From: Roseburia sp.
GTDB taxonomy: Bacteria > Bacillota > Clostridia > Oscillospirales > Ruminococcaceae
Assembly: GCA_023666265.1 (NCBI GenBank)
Contig: JAMPCH010000001.1
Coordinates: forward strand, 87,808 to 151,807
Direction: 5' to 3'
DNA length: 64,000 bases
Part shown: in pieces, positions 39,376-50,069 of the stretch
Position numbering within the stretch: position 1 is the stretch's first letter
How the letters are laid out: every line of letters begins with the position of its first letter
Made by a program: the position numbers and the translations under genes
Notes under the pieces: generated by a model
What the model was told of the DNA's origin: nothing
The model's input: the letters and a program-made list of their open reading frames with translations, nothing else
The model's database searches: none

Positions 39376-40476
39376 TCATTCCTTCGTGACCGCCGGGATC
39401 TGTTGCGTGATACAATGGATATTCCCTCCGCCGATCAGTATGTCGCGCGCGTAGATCGGGACGACCCTCCGGGTCGGGAAAAGCTCGCTCAAGATCTCAC
39501 GCGCTCTTTCGTCCGCCTCGTCGCCGAAAAACGGCATCACGACCGCGCCATTGGCGATATAAAAATTGACATAAGAGGCGGCGAGACGTTCTCCCGGCGT
39601 TCGGGTCGGCTCAAAATTCATGGTATCCAGCCCCGCGCACTCCTCAGCGGTGATCGCTACGGGCTTTGGGAGCGGGAGCTTATGGACTTTTATGCTTCTC
39701 CCGCGTACGTCCGTTTCCGCTTCGAGGGTTTTAAGACAGGCGCGGCTCAGCGCGTACTGCGGGTCTTTTTCGTCGTCCGTATAGGCGAGAACGACCTCCC
39801 CGGGCTTCACGAACGCGCAGATATTATCGACGTGTTCGTTCGTTTCGTCCCGATAAATGCCGTTTTTCAGCCAGATAACCTTTGATACGCCGAGATAGCT
39901 TTTAAGCCTCTCCTCGATCTCCGCTTTCGTTAAATTCGGGTTTCGCCCCGCGCTTAAAAGACAAGCTTCGGTCGTGATACAAGTCCCTTCGCCGTCCACG
40001 TGGATCGAGCCGCCCTCTAAAATAAAATCCCCCGCGTCGTAGAGATCCTTTTCGTATAGGTCACAGAGCTTTCGCGCCATACGGTCGTCCTTATCCCATG
40101 GGAAATACAGCCCGTCCGTCAGTCCGCCCCAAGCGTTAAAGCCCCAATTGACCCCGCGGATCTCGGTTCCGTTCGTGACGAAGGTCGGCGCATAATCCCG
40201 CGCCCAAGCGTCGTTTGAGGACATCTCGACGACGCGGATTCGTTCCGAAAGCATTCTCCGCGCGTTTTCGTATTGGCGGTCGCTCGCACAGACCGTGACC
40301 CTTTCGCTGTCCGCGATCGCCTCACAGACCCGAGCGAACGCCTTTCGGGCGGCGTATCCGCCGTATTGCCATGAATCCGCGCGCTCCGGGAAGATCAGGA
40401 TACAGCCGTCGTGCGGTGAAAATTCGGCGGGCATATAAAATCCGTCGGCGGACGGCGTACCGTTCATAACTCTCAT
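39376..40476 (-). CDS. aguA: Agmatine deiminase
   Basis: FYMPAE..PHDGC...P......W, NDAWARD, GGNIHCITQQ (C-terminal catalytic Cys): agmatine deiminase/PAD family. Confidence 0.88.
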   Translation of the reverse strand: MRVMNGTPSADGFYMPAEFSPHDGCILIFPERADSWQYGGYAARKAFARVCEAIADSERVTVCASDRQYENARRMLSERIRVVEMSSNDAWARDYAPTFVTNGTEIRGVNWGFNAWGGLTDGLYFPWDKDDRMARKLCDLYEKDLYDAGDFILEGGSIHVDGEGTCITTEACLLSAGRNPNLTKAEIEERLKSYLGVSKVIWLKNGIYRDETNEHVDNICAFVKPGEVVLAYTDDEKDPQYALSRACLKTLEAETDVRGRSIKVHKLPLPKPVAITAEECAGLDTMNFEPTRTPGERLAASYVNFYIANGAVVMPFFGDEADERAREILSELFPTRRVVPIYARDILIGGGNIHCITQQIPAVTKE

Positions 40477-40552
40477 ATAAGTGAACGCTCCTTTTTTGCG
40501 GAAGGGTTCTTCCTTTCGCGAAACCGATTTTGAGGATTTGTGTTTTCCTCGG

Positions 40553-41476
40553 CTATTCCGCTAAAGCCGATCTTTCCTCCGACGTTTTGTTTCGGAAGGC
40601 GATGATTTTTTCGGCGCAGTTATCACATACCTCGACGATCACAAAGCGAATGTCCTTATAATCGACGTGCGGGGAATTTTCCGAGCTTTCGGGCAGATAA
40701 CCGAGGAGGTCGGTCACAAAGCCCGAGATCGTGTCATATTCATGATCGTCGGGAAGCTCGTAGCCGAAAAGCTCTAAGACCTCGTCGGGATCGGCTTCGC
40801 CGTTGATTTCGTATTTATCGTCGTTGATCTTTTTGATCGGCATATCCTCGGCGTCGTATTCGTCTTGGATATTCCCCATAACGGATTCGATCAGATCCTC
40901 GAGCGTAACGATCCCCGCCGTCCCGCCGTATTCGTCGATCACGACCGCCATACCCGTTTTTTGGCTGGTGAGGAAGGTGAAGGTATCGCTACAAGAACAG
41001 CTCTCGGGGATAAATACCGCGTCGCGGATAAATTCGCGAAGGCGGAAGTTCTCCAGGTGTTCGTCGCCGATCAGACAGAGTAGGTCTTTAACGATCACGA
41101 TCCCGATGATCTTATCGAGACTTCCCTCATAGACGGGGAGGCGGGAAAAACCCTTCTCCAAAGCGATATAAATAATATCGTCGAGCGAATCGCCGACCTC
41201 GATCGCGGTGATATTGACGCGGTGGGTCATAACGTCGGAGGCGGTCAGATCGTTAAACTCAAAAACGTTATTGATCATCTCGACCGAGGTATCCTCGATC
41301 GCGCCCGTTTCGTTCCCCGCGTCGACGAGCGAAAGAATATCGTCCTCGGTGATATTATCTCCGTAATTCCCGCCGACCGCCTTCCTTAAAAGCGAGGTCA
41401 GTCCTTTATTTAAAAGGATCAGCGGCGAAAGTAAGATCCTCGCCGCCTTATTCGGTTTTCGATCGTCCGTTTCCAT
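40553..41476 (-). CDS. CBS-pair plus CorC/HlyC transporter-associated domain protein lacking the usual N-terminal DUF21 membrane domain
   Basis: DVMTHR...I...L......G.SR.PVY CBS motif. C-terminal CorC_HlyC-like segment. Only about 45 N-terminal residues precede the CBS pair. Confidence 0.7.
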   Translation of the reverse strand: METDDRKPNKAARILLSPLILLNKGLTSLLRKAVGGNYGDNITEDDILSLVDAGNETGAIEDTSVEMINNVFEFNDLTASDVMTHRVNITAIEVGDSLDDIIYIALEKGFSRLPVYEGSLDKIIGIVIVKDLLCLIGDEHLENFRLREFIRDAVFIPESCSCSDTFTFLTSQKTGMAVVIDEYGGTAGIVTLEDLIESVMGNIQDEYDAEDMPIKKINDDKYEINGEADPDEVLELFGYELPDDHEYDTISGFVTDLLGYLPESSENSPHVDYKDIRFVIVEVCDNCAEKIIAFRNKTSEERSALAE

Positions 41477-41503
41477 GCTTTTTATCCGTTTCCTTTCCGC
41501 GAT

Positions 41504-42265
41504 CTATTTTAATCCGAAAAATCGGATCGCGTTTTCGTTACAAGCTCGAAGTAATTCTTCCGTCGCGATCCCCTTGATCTCCGCCGCCCTTTGGGCAATC
41601 TCATAGATCATACCGCTGTGACAGCGCTTCCCGCGATACGGAACGGGCGACATATACGGCGAATCCGTCTCAAGCATCATACGGTCGAGCGGGATCGCTT
41701 TACATGCCTCCGCCGCCTTTTTCGCGTTTTTAAAGGTCAAAACGCCCGTAAAGCTGATCATCATACCGAGATCTAGAAGCTCCCGCGCCGTTTCGGCGCT
41801 CCCCGAAAAGCAATGAACGACCCCCTTCGGGCGGTATTCGGCTAAAAGCTCGATCGTTTCCTTCGTCGCCTCGCGGGAATGAACGATGATCGGAAGGTTT
41901 TCTTCCCGCGCGAGAAGGATCTGTTCGCGAAAGCGCTCACGCTGGAGCTCTTTATCGTGTTCCTCGCGGTGATGATCCAGTCCGATCTCGCCGACGGCGA
42001 CTACCTTCGGGCGGCGACAGAGCGTCCGAAGCCGATCGAGATAGTCGTCGGGAAGGGAAGCGGTCTCCTCGGGGTGGATGCCGACGGCGGCGTACATTCC
42101 GCCGTATCGCTCCGCGAGGCGGATCGCCGCCTCGCTGCTTTCCAAAGTACAGCCGACGTTGACGATCCGATCAACCTTCTCCCGAAACAGCTCGTCGAGC
42201 AACTCGAAGCGGTCGGCGTCAAAAGCCTCATCGTCGTAATGCGCGTGTGTATCGATCACTTTCAT
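41504..42265 (-). CDS. tatD: TatD family metal-dependent hydrolase (DNase)
   Basis: MKVIDTHAH, VGIHPEE, GEIGLD, ETDSPY motifs. Confidence 0.92.
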   Translation of the reverse strand: MKVIDTHAHYDDEAFDADRFELLDELFREKVDRIVNVGCTLESSEAAIRLAERYGGMYAAVGIHPEETASLPDDYLDRLRTLCRRPKVVAVGEIGLDHHREEHDKELQRERFREQILLAREENLPIIVHSREATKETIELLAEYRPKGVVHCFSGSAETARELLDLGMMISFTGVLTFKNAKKAAEACKAIPLDRMMLETDSPYMSPVPYRGKRCHSGMIYEIAQRAAEIKGIATEELLRACNENAIRFFGLK

Positions 42266-42550
42266 AAGATCTGTTCTCCGTGTCTGTTTTTCTACTTCTT
42301 TATTTTAAGTGAAAAATCGCCGTTTGTAAATGAACGGAATGCACAAAAATAAATCGTGCGGAACGGTCTCGATTATCGCATATAAACAATATGCGATGAA
42401 ACGATCCGAAAATAATAAAAACAACCGAATTTTTTGTAGGAACGCTCCTTCTCAAAAAAATCACTCCAAATTTGGTAAAAGTGTACATTGTAAACATTTA
42501 CATTATATGGTATAATAGTTGTAATTGTACATGATACGATCGAGAAGGGG

Positions 42551-43555
42551 ATGAAAGGCATGAGCGTAACGATCAAAGACGTCGCAAAAGCGGCGAACGT
42601 TTCGGTTGCGACGGTTTCCCGTGTCTTAAATAAAAAGACGAACGTATCCGACGAGGCGGTCGAGGCGGTCAACCGCGCGATCGAGCGGCTCGAGTACAGT
42701 CCGAATTTTCTCGGTCGCGATCTCAGAAAAAGCGAAACAAGGCGTATCCTCGCGATCATCGCCTCCACGGAACAGAGCTTTTATTCCGAAGTCCTGCGCG
42801 GTATGGAGGAGGCGGCGGGCGCACGGGGATACGACGTCCTGATCGCGACGACGCGCGACGATCCAAAGCATGAGATGCACCTACTGGAAATGCTTTTTTC
42901 GCGCTCGGTAGACGGCGCGGTCTTACTCGGACCCAAGCTCGACGCGCGGACGATCTCGGCGCTCTCGGAAAATCATAATATCGCGATCTGTCTCGAGCGG
43001 CTCGAGAACTGTAACGTCCTCACCGTTACGATCAATAACGTAAGCGCGGGGCGCGACGCCGTAAACTACCTGATCCGAAAGGGGCGAAGGCGGATCGGCT
43101 TGATCACCACGAAACAGCGAAGCCAGTCCTCGGTCGATCGGGAACGGGGATATCGCGAAGCGCTCGCGGAAAACGAGATCGAATATGACGAATCGCTCGT
43201 TTATTACGGCGATTATTCGCCCGAGTCGGGAACGCACGGCTGTGAAGCGCTCATGTCGCTTCAAGACCCGCCCGACGCGATCTTCGCGATCTCGGATATG
43301 ATCGCGATCGGCGCGATGAATTACGCGGCGGCGCATCGGATCGGGATCGGGAAGGACATCTTATTTTTCGGCTTTGATAATATCCAGTATTCCCGTATTT
43401 TTATCCCGCATCTCTCGACTGTCCAACAGCCCTGTTTTTTACAGGGGAAGCTTGTCGTCGAGAAGCTGATCGACAATATGAAATCGGAAACGCCCGACCG
43501 CTCGCTCTATATGCTCCCGCATAGCCTCATTCTCCGGGAAACGACGGGCGATTAG
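42551..43555 (+). CDS. LacI family transcriptional regulator
   Basis: N-terminal HTH TIKDVAKAANVSVATVSRVLN, then a periplasmic-binding-protein-like sugar-binding domain. Confidence 0.92.
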   Translation: MKGMSVTIKDVAKAANVSVATVSRVLNKKTNVSDEAVEAVNRAIERLEYSPNFLGRDLRKSETRRILAIIASTEQSFYSEVLRGMEEAAGARGYDVLIATTRDDPKHEMHLLEMLFSRSVDGAVLLGPKLDARTISALSENHNIAICLERLENCNVLTVTINNVSAGRDAVNYLIRKGRRRIGLITTKQRSQSSVDRERGYREALAENEIEYDESLVYYGDYSPESGTHGCEALMSLQDPPDAIFAISDMIAIGAMNYAAAHRIGIGKDILFFGFDNIQYSRIFIPHLSTVQQPCFLQGKLVVEKLIDNMKSETPDRSLYMLPHSLILRETTGD

Positions 43556-43594
43556 ACGAAAGCCGACAATTTTTTAAAAAAGGATCTATCGTTT

Positions 43595-45937
43595 ATGAAC
43601 ACGATAAAAAATATCATTTATTTTAGCTCGCCGGGCGATCTCGATCGATGGGAGGAGCTTTGTCTCCCGATCGGGAACGGATATATGGGCGCGAGCTTTT
43701 TCGGCGGAATCGACCGCGAGCGGATCGTTTTAAACGAAAAAACGCTTTGGACGGGCGGACCTTCGCCAAAGCGACCCGCTTATAACGGAGGAAATCGCCT
43801 CGACGCCGTTCGATCCGTTCGGGAAGTCCGGCGGCTTTTATACGAGGGGAGGTATGAGGAAGCGCTTCGCCTTCTCCCCGACCTGACCTGTGACGACCGC
43901 GAAAACGGCTATGGCGCTTATCAGCTTTTTTGTGACGCGAAGCTCGACTTCCCGGGGCTCGACCCCGGGCGGGTAGCGGACTATACGCGAGGGCTCGACC
44001 TCGACCGATCTCTGTATACTTGTTCGTTCGAGCTGGACGGCGTTCGTTATATCCGCGAAGCGTTCGCCTCTTATCCCGACCGCGTGGTCTGTATCCGCCT
44101 TCGGAGCGATCGGGCGGGGAAGATCGGTTTTACACTCTCGTTGGATAAAGTCCAAAACGGCGGATCGGTAAAAGCTGGCGGCTCGACGCTTGAGGTTTTC
44201 GGTGCGCTCGAGGATAACGCGCTTCGCTATTTCGGCGCTTTTTCGGTCAAGCTCAGCGGCGGTACGCTGGATCACGATCGGGATCGTTTGACGGTCGTCG
44301 GCGCGGATGAGGCGGTCTTGTATTTTTGCGCGGCGACCGATTATTCGGACGAATATCCCGCTTATCGGAACGGGATCGACCCCGCCGATCCCGTTCGCGG
44401 TCTTTTGGAACGCGCACGCGGTACGGGCTTTGACCGCCTGTATGAACGGCATTATAACGATTATTCCGCGCTGTTTCATCGTGTTTCGCTTTCTTTAAAC
44501 GGGGAAGGAGGCGAGATCCCCCCGGTCGATACGCTTCTTGAGGATTATCGGAACGGCTCCGAGCTCGCCGCCTCAAGGCTCGAACCGCTCTATTTCCAGT
44601 TCGGGAGATATATGCTGATCTCCTCCTCCCGCGAGGGGTCGCTCCCCGCGAATTTACAGGGGGTCTGGAACGAGAGCAACACGCCGCCTTGGTGTTGTGA
44701 TTATCACATCAACGTCAACCTCCAAATGAACTACTGGGGCGCTTATAATACGAACCTTTTTGAAACGGCTAAACCGCTGATCCGCTATTTGGATAAAATG
44801 AGAGCGCCGGGAAGGATCACCGCCAAGGAATATTACGGGATCGCCTCGACCGAGGAAGAACCCGAAAACGGCTGGATCGCGCATACACAGGCGACGCCTT
44901 TTGGCTGGACGTCGCCGGGCTGGGATTTTTACTGGGGCTGGTCCACCGCCGCAGTCGCTTGGCTAATGCAAAATCTTTGGGAATATTATGAATTTACGCT
45001 GGATCGCGAAACGCTTAAAGAGGAGATCTATCCGATCCTTCGCGAGAGCGTTCGGTTTTATACCCGATGGCTGATCTATGACGACCGTCAGGATCGGCTC
45101 GTCTCATCGCCGACCTATTCGCCCGAACACGGTCCCGTTTCGATCGGGAATACTTATGAACAAAGTCTTATCGAACAGCTTTATCTTGATTTTATCAAGG
45201 CCTCGGAGGTTTTGGATTCGGATCACGAGCTGAGAGCGGTCGTTTCCGAGCAGGTCGGTCGGTTAAAGCCCTTTTTTGTCGGTCGGCGCGGACAGCTCAA
45301 GGAATGGTTTGAGGAAGACCGACCCGATTTTGACGGGTCAAAAGTCCAACCGAACCACCGCCATATTTCCCATTTATTGGGGCTTTACCCCGGGAAGGCT
45401 ATTTCCCGAAAAACGCCCGAGCTGATGAAAGCCGCGATCGTCACCATGAACGAGCGCGGGGACGAATCGACGGGCTGGGCGAGAGCGTATAAGCTGAACC
45501 TATGGGCGCGGACGGGCGACGGAGATCGGGCGTATAAGATCCTTCACGGGCTTCTCGCGGGCTGTACCTTCCCAAATTTGTTCGATTTTCACCCGCCGTT
45601 TCAAATCGACGGGAATTTTGGGGGAAGCGCGGGGATCGCCGAGCTTTTACTTCAAAGCCATGAGGGCGTGATCGTGCCGCTCGCGGCGCTCCCCTCCCAT
45701 TGGAAGAGCGGCGCGTATCACGGGCTTTGTGCGCGGGGCGGCTTTGAGATCTCGGCGGAATGGAGCGGCGGAAAAGCGCGTCGGATCACCGTTCTTTCAA
45801 ATTGGGGCGGGGAATGTCGGATCGAAACGACGCTTCGTCAAGTCTTTGACCAAGACGGGAAGGTCGATCTCGACGAGCGGGACGGCGTACTTCGGTTCAT
45901 GACCGTTAAAGGCGGTGTTTATCGAATTGAAGAGTAA
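43595..45937 (+). CDS. Glycoside hydrolase family 95 (alpha-L-fucosidase-like)
   Basis: N-terminal W..LPIGNGY.GA.FFGG...ER..LNE.TLWTGGP signature of GH95, and a six-hairpin catalytic-domain region. 780 aa. Confidence 0.85.
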   Translation: MNTIKNIIYFSSPGDLDRWEELCLPIGNGYMGASFFGGIDRERIVLNEKTLWTGGPSPKRPAYNGGNRLDAVRSVREVRRLLYEGRYEEALRLLPDLTCDDRENGYGAYQLFCDAKLDFPGLDPGRVADYTRGLDLDRSLYTCSFELDGVRYIREAFASYPDRVVCIRLRSDRAGKIGFTLSLDKVQNGGSVKAGGSTLEVFGALEDNALRYFGAFSVKLSGGTLDHDRDRLTVVGADEAVLYFCAATDYSDEYPAYRNGIDPADPVRGLLERARGTGFDRLYERHYNDYSALFHRVSLSLNGEGGEIPPVDTLLEDYRNGSELAASRLEPLYFQFGRYMLISSSREGSLPANLQGVWNESNTPPWCCDYHINVNLQMNYWGAYNTNLFETAKPLIRYLDKMRAPGRITAKEYYGIASTEEEPENGWIAHTQATPFGWTSPGWDFYWGWSTAAVAWLMQNLWEYYEFTLDRETLKEEIYPILRESVRFYTRWLIYDDRQDRLVSSPTYSPEHGPVSIGNTYEQSLIEQLYLDFIKASEVLDSDHELRAVVSEQVGRLKPFFVGRRGQLKEWFEEDRPDFDGSKVQPNHRHISHLLGLYPGKAISRKTPELMKAAIVTMNERGDESTGWARAYKLNLWARTGDGDRAYKILHGLLAGCTFPNLFDFHPPFQIDGNFGGSAGIAELLLQSHEGVIVPLAALPSHWKSGAYHGLCARGGFEISAEWSGGKARRITVLSNWGGECRIETTLRQVFDQDGKVDLDERDGVLRFMTVKGGVYRIEE

Positions 45938-46556
45938 AACTTCGATTTATGAGCTTTTACGTCTTCGGAGCATCTCTCCGAACGATCCCGAAGCCGAAAA
46001 GATCGACCCGTCGGAGGTATGCTCTTTTTCGGGTTATCGCCCGTCGAAGCTCCCCTTTCGGTGGGATAAACGAGACGGCGGTTATCGGAAGGTCCGCGAG
46101 ATGATCCGAGAGGAGATCGTCTTATTCGCCGAAAGCGGCGTACATTTTTTTCAGACGGGGATGGCGAGAGGGATCGACCTGCTCTGCGGCGAGCTCGTCC
46201 TCGAGCTACGGAAAAAATATCCGATCAATCTGACCTGCGTCGTCCCCTGTATAAATCAATGTATGGGCTGGGGCGCGGAGGATCAGGAGACGTATTTTCG
46301 CCTGATCAAAGCGGCGACGAACGTCGTTCAGGTCACGGGCGAGTCGTATTCAAACGGCTGTATGTTAAAAAGAGATCGGTATCTTGTCGATACCGCACAA
46401 TATATGATCGCCGTTTTTGACGGGAAAAAGGGCGGTACAATGTTTACGATCAATTACGCGAGACAACAAAAGCGAACGATCATTGTTTTGAACCCCTCCG
46501 ATCATTCACGAACGGAATTGGTTCACGGAAACGAGGAAGGAGTACTTTATGTCTGA
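45915..46556 (+). CDS. DUF1273 / YpsA-like SLOG-family protein
   Basis: FSGYRPSKLPF...IREEIVLFAESGVHFFQTGMARGIDLLCGELVLELRKKYP.INL.CVVPC..Q...W.....Y..I...A..V.....ESYS...C...RD.Y.VD....IAVFDG.K.GGT..TI.YA matches the YpsA/DUF1273 pattern. Overlaps GH95 by 23 nt and GH2 by 8 nt. Confidence 0.65.
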   Translation: MFIELKSKTSIYELLRLRSISPNDPEAEKIDPSEVCSFSGYRPSKLPFRWDKRDGGYRKVREMIREEIVLFAESGVHFFQTGMARGIDLLCGELVLELRKKYPINLTCVVPCINQCMGWGAEDQETYFRLIKAATNVVQVTGESYSNGCMLKRDRYLVDTAQYMIAVFDGKKGGTMFTINYARQQKRTIIVLNPSDHSRTELVHGNEEGVLYV

Positions 46557-49500
46557 TGTTTTATTTAACGACAACTGGCAATTTGTACTGAAAGAGATCG
46601 GGACTCCGTTTGACGAAATGGAACGCGAATACGCGTGGAGCGACGTGGAGTTACCGCACGATTGGCTGATCGAGGATACCGCCCGATTATATGAAACGGG
46701 CGAGGGCTGGTATAAAAAAGAATTTGACGTGATCGGCTACGGAAACCACAAAGCCTATATCCTCCGCTTTGATGGCGTATATATGAACAGTACGGTCTAT
46801 GTCAACGGAACGGAGGTCGGGACATGGAAATACGGTTATTCCTCGTTTAACTATGATATTTCCGCCTTCCTTCACGAGGGGAAAAACCGTATCCACGTCA
46901 GGGTATGTCACGAAGCGCCGAATACGCGTTGGTACTCCGGCGCGGGTATCTATCGGAACGTATACCTTCGGACGACGAGCCGCATCCATATTAAGGAAAA
47001 CGGCGTTTATATCTCGTCAAAAAAGATCGGCGAACGCTGGCTCACGCGGATTGAGACCGAGACGAGCCACGACGGCTGCCTGCTTCGGCATACCGTTTTA
47101 AATCGGCGGGGGATCCCCGTCGCGATCGTGGAGGGCGAGGTCAAAGACTGCTTTTCCCGCGTTCAGATCTGGGCGGAAGAGCCGTTCCTTTGGAGTATAG
47201 AAGATCCGTACTGTTATAAATTAAAAACAGAGCTTTTATTGGACGGCGTCATTTTGGACAGGGTCGAGAACGAGTTCGGTTTCCGAACGATCGAATTCAG
47301 CCCGGAAAACGGGTTTTTACTGAACGGTGTTCGGACGAAGCTTCACGGCGTTTGTATGCACCACGATCTCGGCGCGCTCGGCGCGGCGATGAATACCCGC
47401 GCCTTGGAGCGTCAGCTTGAGATTTTAAAAAGCTTTGGCGTGAACGCGATCCGAACCTCCCACAATATGCCCGCCCGCGAGCTGATCGAGCTTTGTGACC
47501 ACATGGGCTTTTTGGTGGATAACGAGGGCTTTGATATGTGGGAGCTTCCCAAAAACGACAACGATTACGCCCGTTTTTTCCCCGAATGGTATGAACGCGA
47601 CGTTAAGGCTTGGGTCGAGCGGGATCGTAACGCGCCCTGTGTGATCTTATGGAGCATCGGGAACGAGATCTTAGACACACACCAAAGCGCGCGAGGTCTC
47701 GAGGTCGCGAAAATGCTTTGTAAAGCGGTATATCGCTCGGATAAATACGGAAACGCCCGCTGTACGATCGGGTCGAACTATATGCGTTGGGGAAACGCGC
47801 AGAAGGTCGCCGACTATCTAAAGCTCTCGGGCTATAATTATACCGAGGACGTATACGACGAACACCACGCGGCTCACCCGGACTGGTTCATTTACGGAAG
47901 CGAGACCGCTTCGACCGTCCGCTCTCGCGGCGTTTATCATATGCCCGCGTCCGTACCGCTCCTGACACATGACGACCAGCAATGCTCCGATTACGGGAAC
48001 AGCATCGTCGGCTGGGGAAAAAGTCAGGAACAGGCGTGGATCGACGACCGCGATCGTGATTACTGCGGCGGTCAATTCGTATGGACGGGATTTGACTATA
48101 TCGGCGAGCCGACGCCGTACAGTACCAAAAATTCCTATTTCGGGATCGTCGATACGGCGGGCTTCCCCAAAAACGCGTATTATTTTTATAAGGCGGTCTG
48201 GACGGACGGGGAGAGCGAACCCTTCGTCCATATCCTCCCGTACTGGGATTTTAATATCGGCGAGGAGGTCGACGTGTTCGTTTATTCGAATGTCGAGACG
48301 ATCGAGTTATTTTATAACAATCGCTCCTGTGGTCGTCAACAAATCGATCTAAAGCATGGGAAGCGGCTTCACGGTGAATGGAAGCTCCCTTATAAAAAAG
48401 GTACGCTGATCGCCTGTGCTTATGATAAGGAAGGAAATCGGGTCGCCGAGAGCTCGGCTTGTTCCTTCGGAGACGCGGCGGAGATCGCCGTATCGGCGGA
48501 TCAAAGCACCTTCCTCGCGGACGGGAGAGATCTGATCTTCCTCGAAATATCGGTAAAGGACGAAATGGGGATCACGGTCGAAAACGCCCGAAATCGGATC
48601 CGGGTATCCGTAAACGGTCCCGCACGGCTCGTCGGACTCGATAACGGCGACAGTACCGATTATGACAGCTATAAGGGGAGAAGCCGCCGCCTGTTCGGCG
48701 GAAAGCTCCTCGCGATGATCCAATCCACCTTTGAAACGGGGACGGTCACGGTAACGTTCGAGAGCGAAGGACTTCCGAAAAAGACGATCGTTCTCGAGGC
48801 GTTAAAATGCGAAAAGCCGGTCGGCGTATCGGTCGTTAAACGATATTTTTTAAACGAAGACGAGGAAGAGGTCTCGGATATTCCCGTTCGAAAGATCGAG
48901 CTTAGCGCGGATCGGACGGCGCTCGATACCGAAAATCCCTCGGCGCGTATCCGCTTTAAGATCTATCCGCCGAACGCGACCTATTCCGATATTGAATGGA
49001 AGTGTGTGCTCGATAACGGCGTTTCGATCGGTACTTCCGAAATAGCACCGACGGAAAGCGGGGCGGTCGTGACCGCACTCGGCGACGGAAATTACCGTAT
49101 CCGCGCCTCCTGCCGCAACGGAGGAAGCGTTCCGCAGGTGATCTCCGAGCTTACTTTTACGAACAGCGGTTTCGGGAGCGCGCTCCACAATCCTTTTTCG
49201 TTTATATCCGCGAGTCTTTATTCCTCGGGGAGCGAACCGCTGAACACGATCGCGCGCGGGGCGATCGGCGGGATACGTCACCGTACCGTCATCGGGTATG
49301 ACCGGGTCGATTTCGGATCGGAGGGGAGCAATCGCCTGATCTTAAGCTGTGGGCATAGCGGCGACAGTACGCCGATCCCGATCGAGGTATGGCTCGGCGA
49401 GCCGGGCGAGGGCGGCGAGATCCTCGACGTTCTCGATTTTAAAAACAACGGGCTTTGGGACAGCTTCGCGCCTCAGGAATTTACACTCTCAAAGCGGATC

Positions 49501-49941
49501 ACGGGTATTCGGACGATCACCTTTGTCATCAGCGAGCCGATCATCTTCGGCGGCTTTGAGTTTGAGCGGCGAAACAAGGCTTATGAACAGCTCGGCGCGG
49601 CGAACGGAGACAGCTTATACGGCGACGATTATCGGATCGAGGGCGAGAGCGTCCTAGACATCGGGAATAACGTCCTGATCAGCTTTAACGGTTTGGATTT
49701 CACGGACGGTACGGAACGCGTCACGATCTGTGGAAGGACGCCCAACGAGGTAAACGCGATCCAGCTCCGTTTCAGCGACGAAAACGGGAACAAAACGACC
49801 CAGCTTTTGGATTTCCCGTATTCCGACGAGGACGAGATCATGACGTTTCCACTTGACGAGCGGATTGTCGGGAAAAACGACGTCAGCTTTGTCTTCCTCC
49901 CGGGCTGTCGGTTTGATTTCCGATGGTTTCGGTTTGAGTGA
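46549..49941 (+). CDS. Glycoside hydrolase family 2 (beta-galactosidase/beta-glucuronidase-like) with a large C-terminal extension of beta-sandwich/carbohydrate-binding-like domains
   Basis: FNDNWQF...DV.LPHDW..ED, GEGWYKK.F, NRI.V.V, YSGAGIYR.VYL (GH2 sugar-binding domain), NAIRTSHN.PA.ELIELCD..G..V.NE (TIM barrel). 1130 aa. Confidence 0.85.
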   Translation: MSDVLFNDNWQFVLKEIGTPFDEMEREYAWSDVELPHDWLIEDTARLYETGEGWYKKEFDVIGYGNHKAYILRFDGVYMNSTVYVNGTEVGTWKYGYSSFNYDISAFLHEGKNRIHVRVCHEAPNTRWYSGAGIYRNVYLRTTSRIHIKENGVYISSKKIGERWLTRIETETSHDGCLLRHTVLNRRGIPVAIVEGEVKDCFSRVQIWAEEPFLWSIEDPYCYKLKTELLLDGVILDRVENEFGFRTIEFSPENGFLLNGVRTKLHGVCMHHDLGALGAAMNTRALERQLEILKSFGVNAIRTSHNMPARELIELCDHMGFLVDNEGFDMWELPKNDNDYARFFPEWYERDVKAWVERDRNAPCVILWSIGNEILDTHQSARGLEVAKMLCKAVYRSDKYGNARCTIGSNYMRWGNAQKVADYLKLSGYNYTEDVYDEHHAAHPDWFIYGSETASTVRSRGVYHMPASVPLLTHDDQQCSDYGNSIVGWGKSQEQAWIDDRDRDYCGGQFVWTGFDYIGEPTPYSTKNSYFGIVDTAGFPKNAYYFYKAVWTDGESEPFVHILPYWDFNIGEEVDVFVYSNVETIELFYNNRSCGRQQIDLKHGKRLHGEWKLPYKKGTLIACAYDKEGNRVAESSACSFGDAAEIAVSADQSTFLADGRDLIFLEISVKDEMGITVENARNRIRVSVNGPARLVGLDNGDSTDYDSYKGRSRRLFGGKLLAMIQSTFETGTVTVTFESEGLPKKTIVLEALKCEKPVGVSVVKRYFLNEDEEEVSDIPVRKIELSADRTALDTENPSARIRFKIYPPNATYSDIEWKCVLDNGVSIGTSEIAPTESGAVVTALGDGNYRIRASCRNGGSVPQVISELTFTNSGFGSALHNPFSFISASLYSSGSEPLNTIARGAIGGIRHRTVIGYDRVDFGSEGSNRLILSCGHSGDSTPIPIEVWLGEPGEGGEILDVLDFKNNGLWDSFAPQEFTLSKRITGIRTITFVISEPIIFGGFEFERRNKAYEQLGAANGDSLYGDDYRIEGESVLDIGNNVLISFNGLDFTDGTERVTICGRTPNEVNAIQLRFSDENGNKTTQLLDFPYSDEDEIMTFPLDERIVGKNDVSFVFLPGCRFDFRWFRFE

Positions 49942-50069
49942 TACCACTTCATCGAATATACAAAAAACGCCGATGCGATCGGTGTTTCAACCTGTCGAAA
50001 AAGTCCAGCACCCGCCGGACTTTTTCGCATTACTGTGGTATAATAAGAGTAAGGAAAGAGGTGGCGGAA

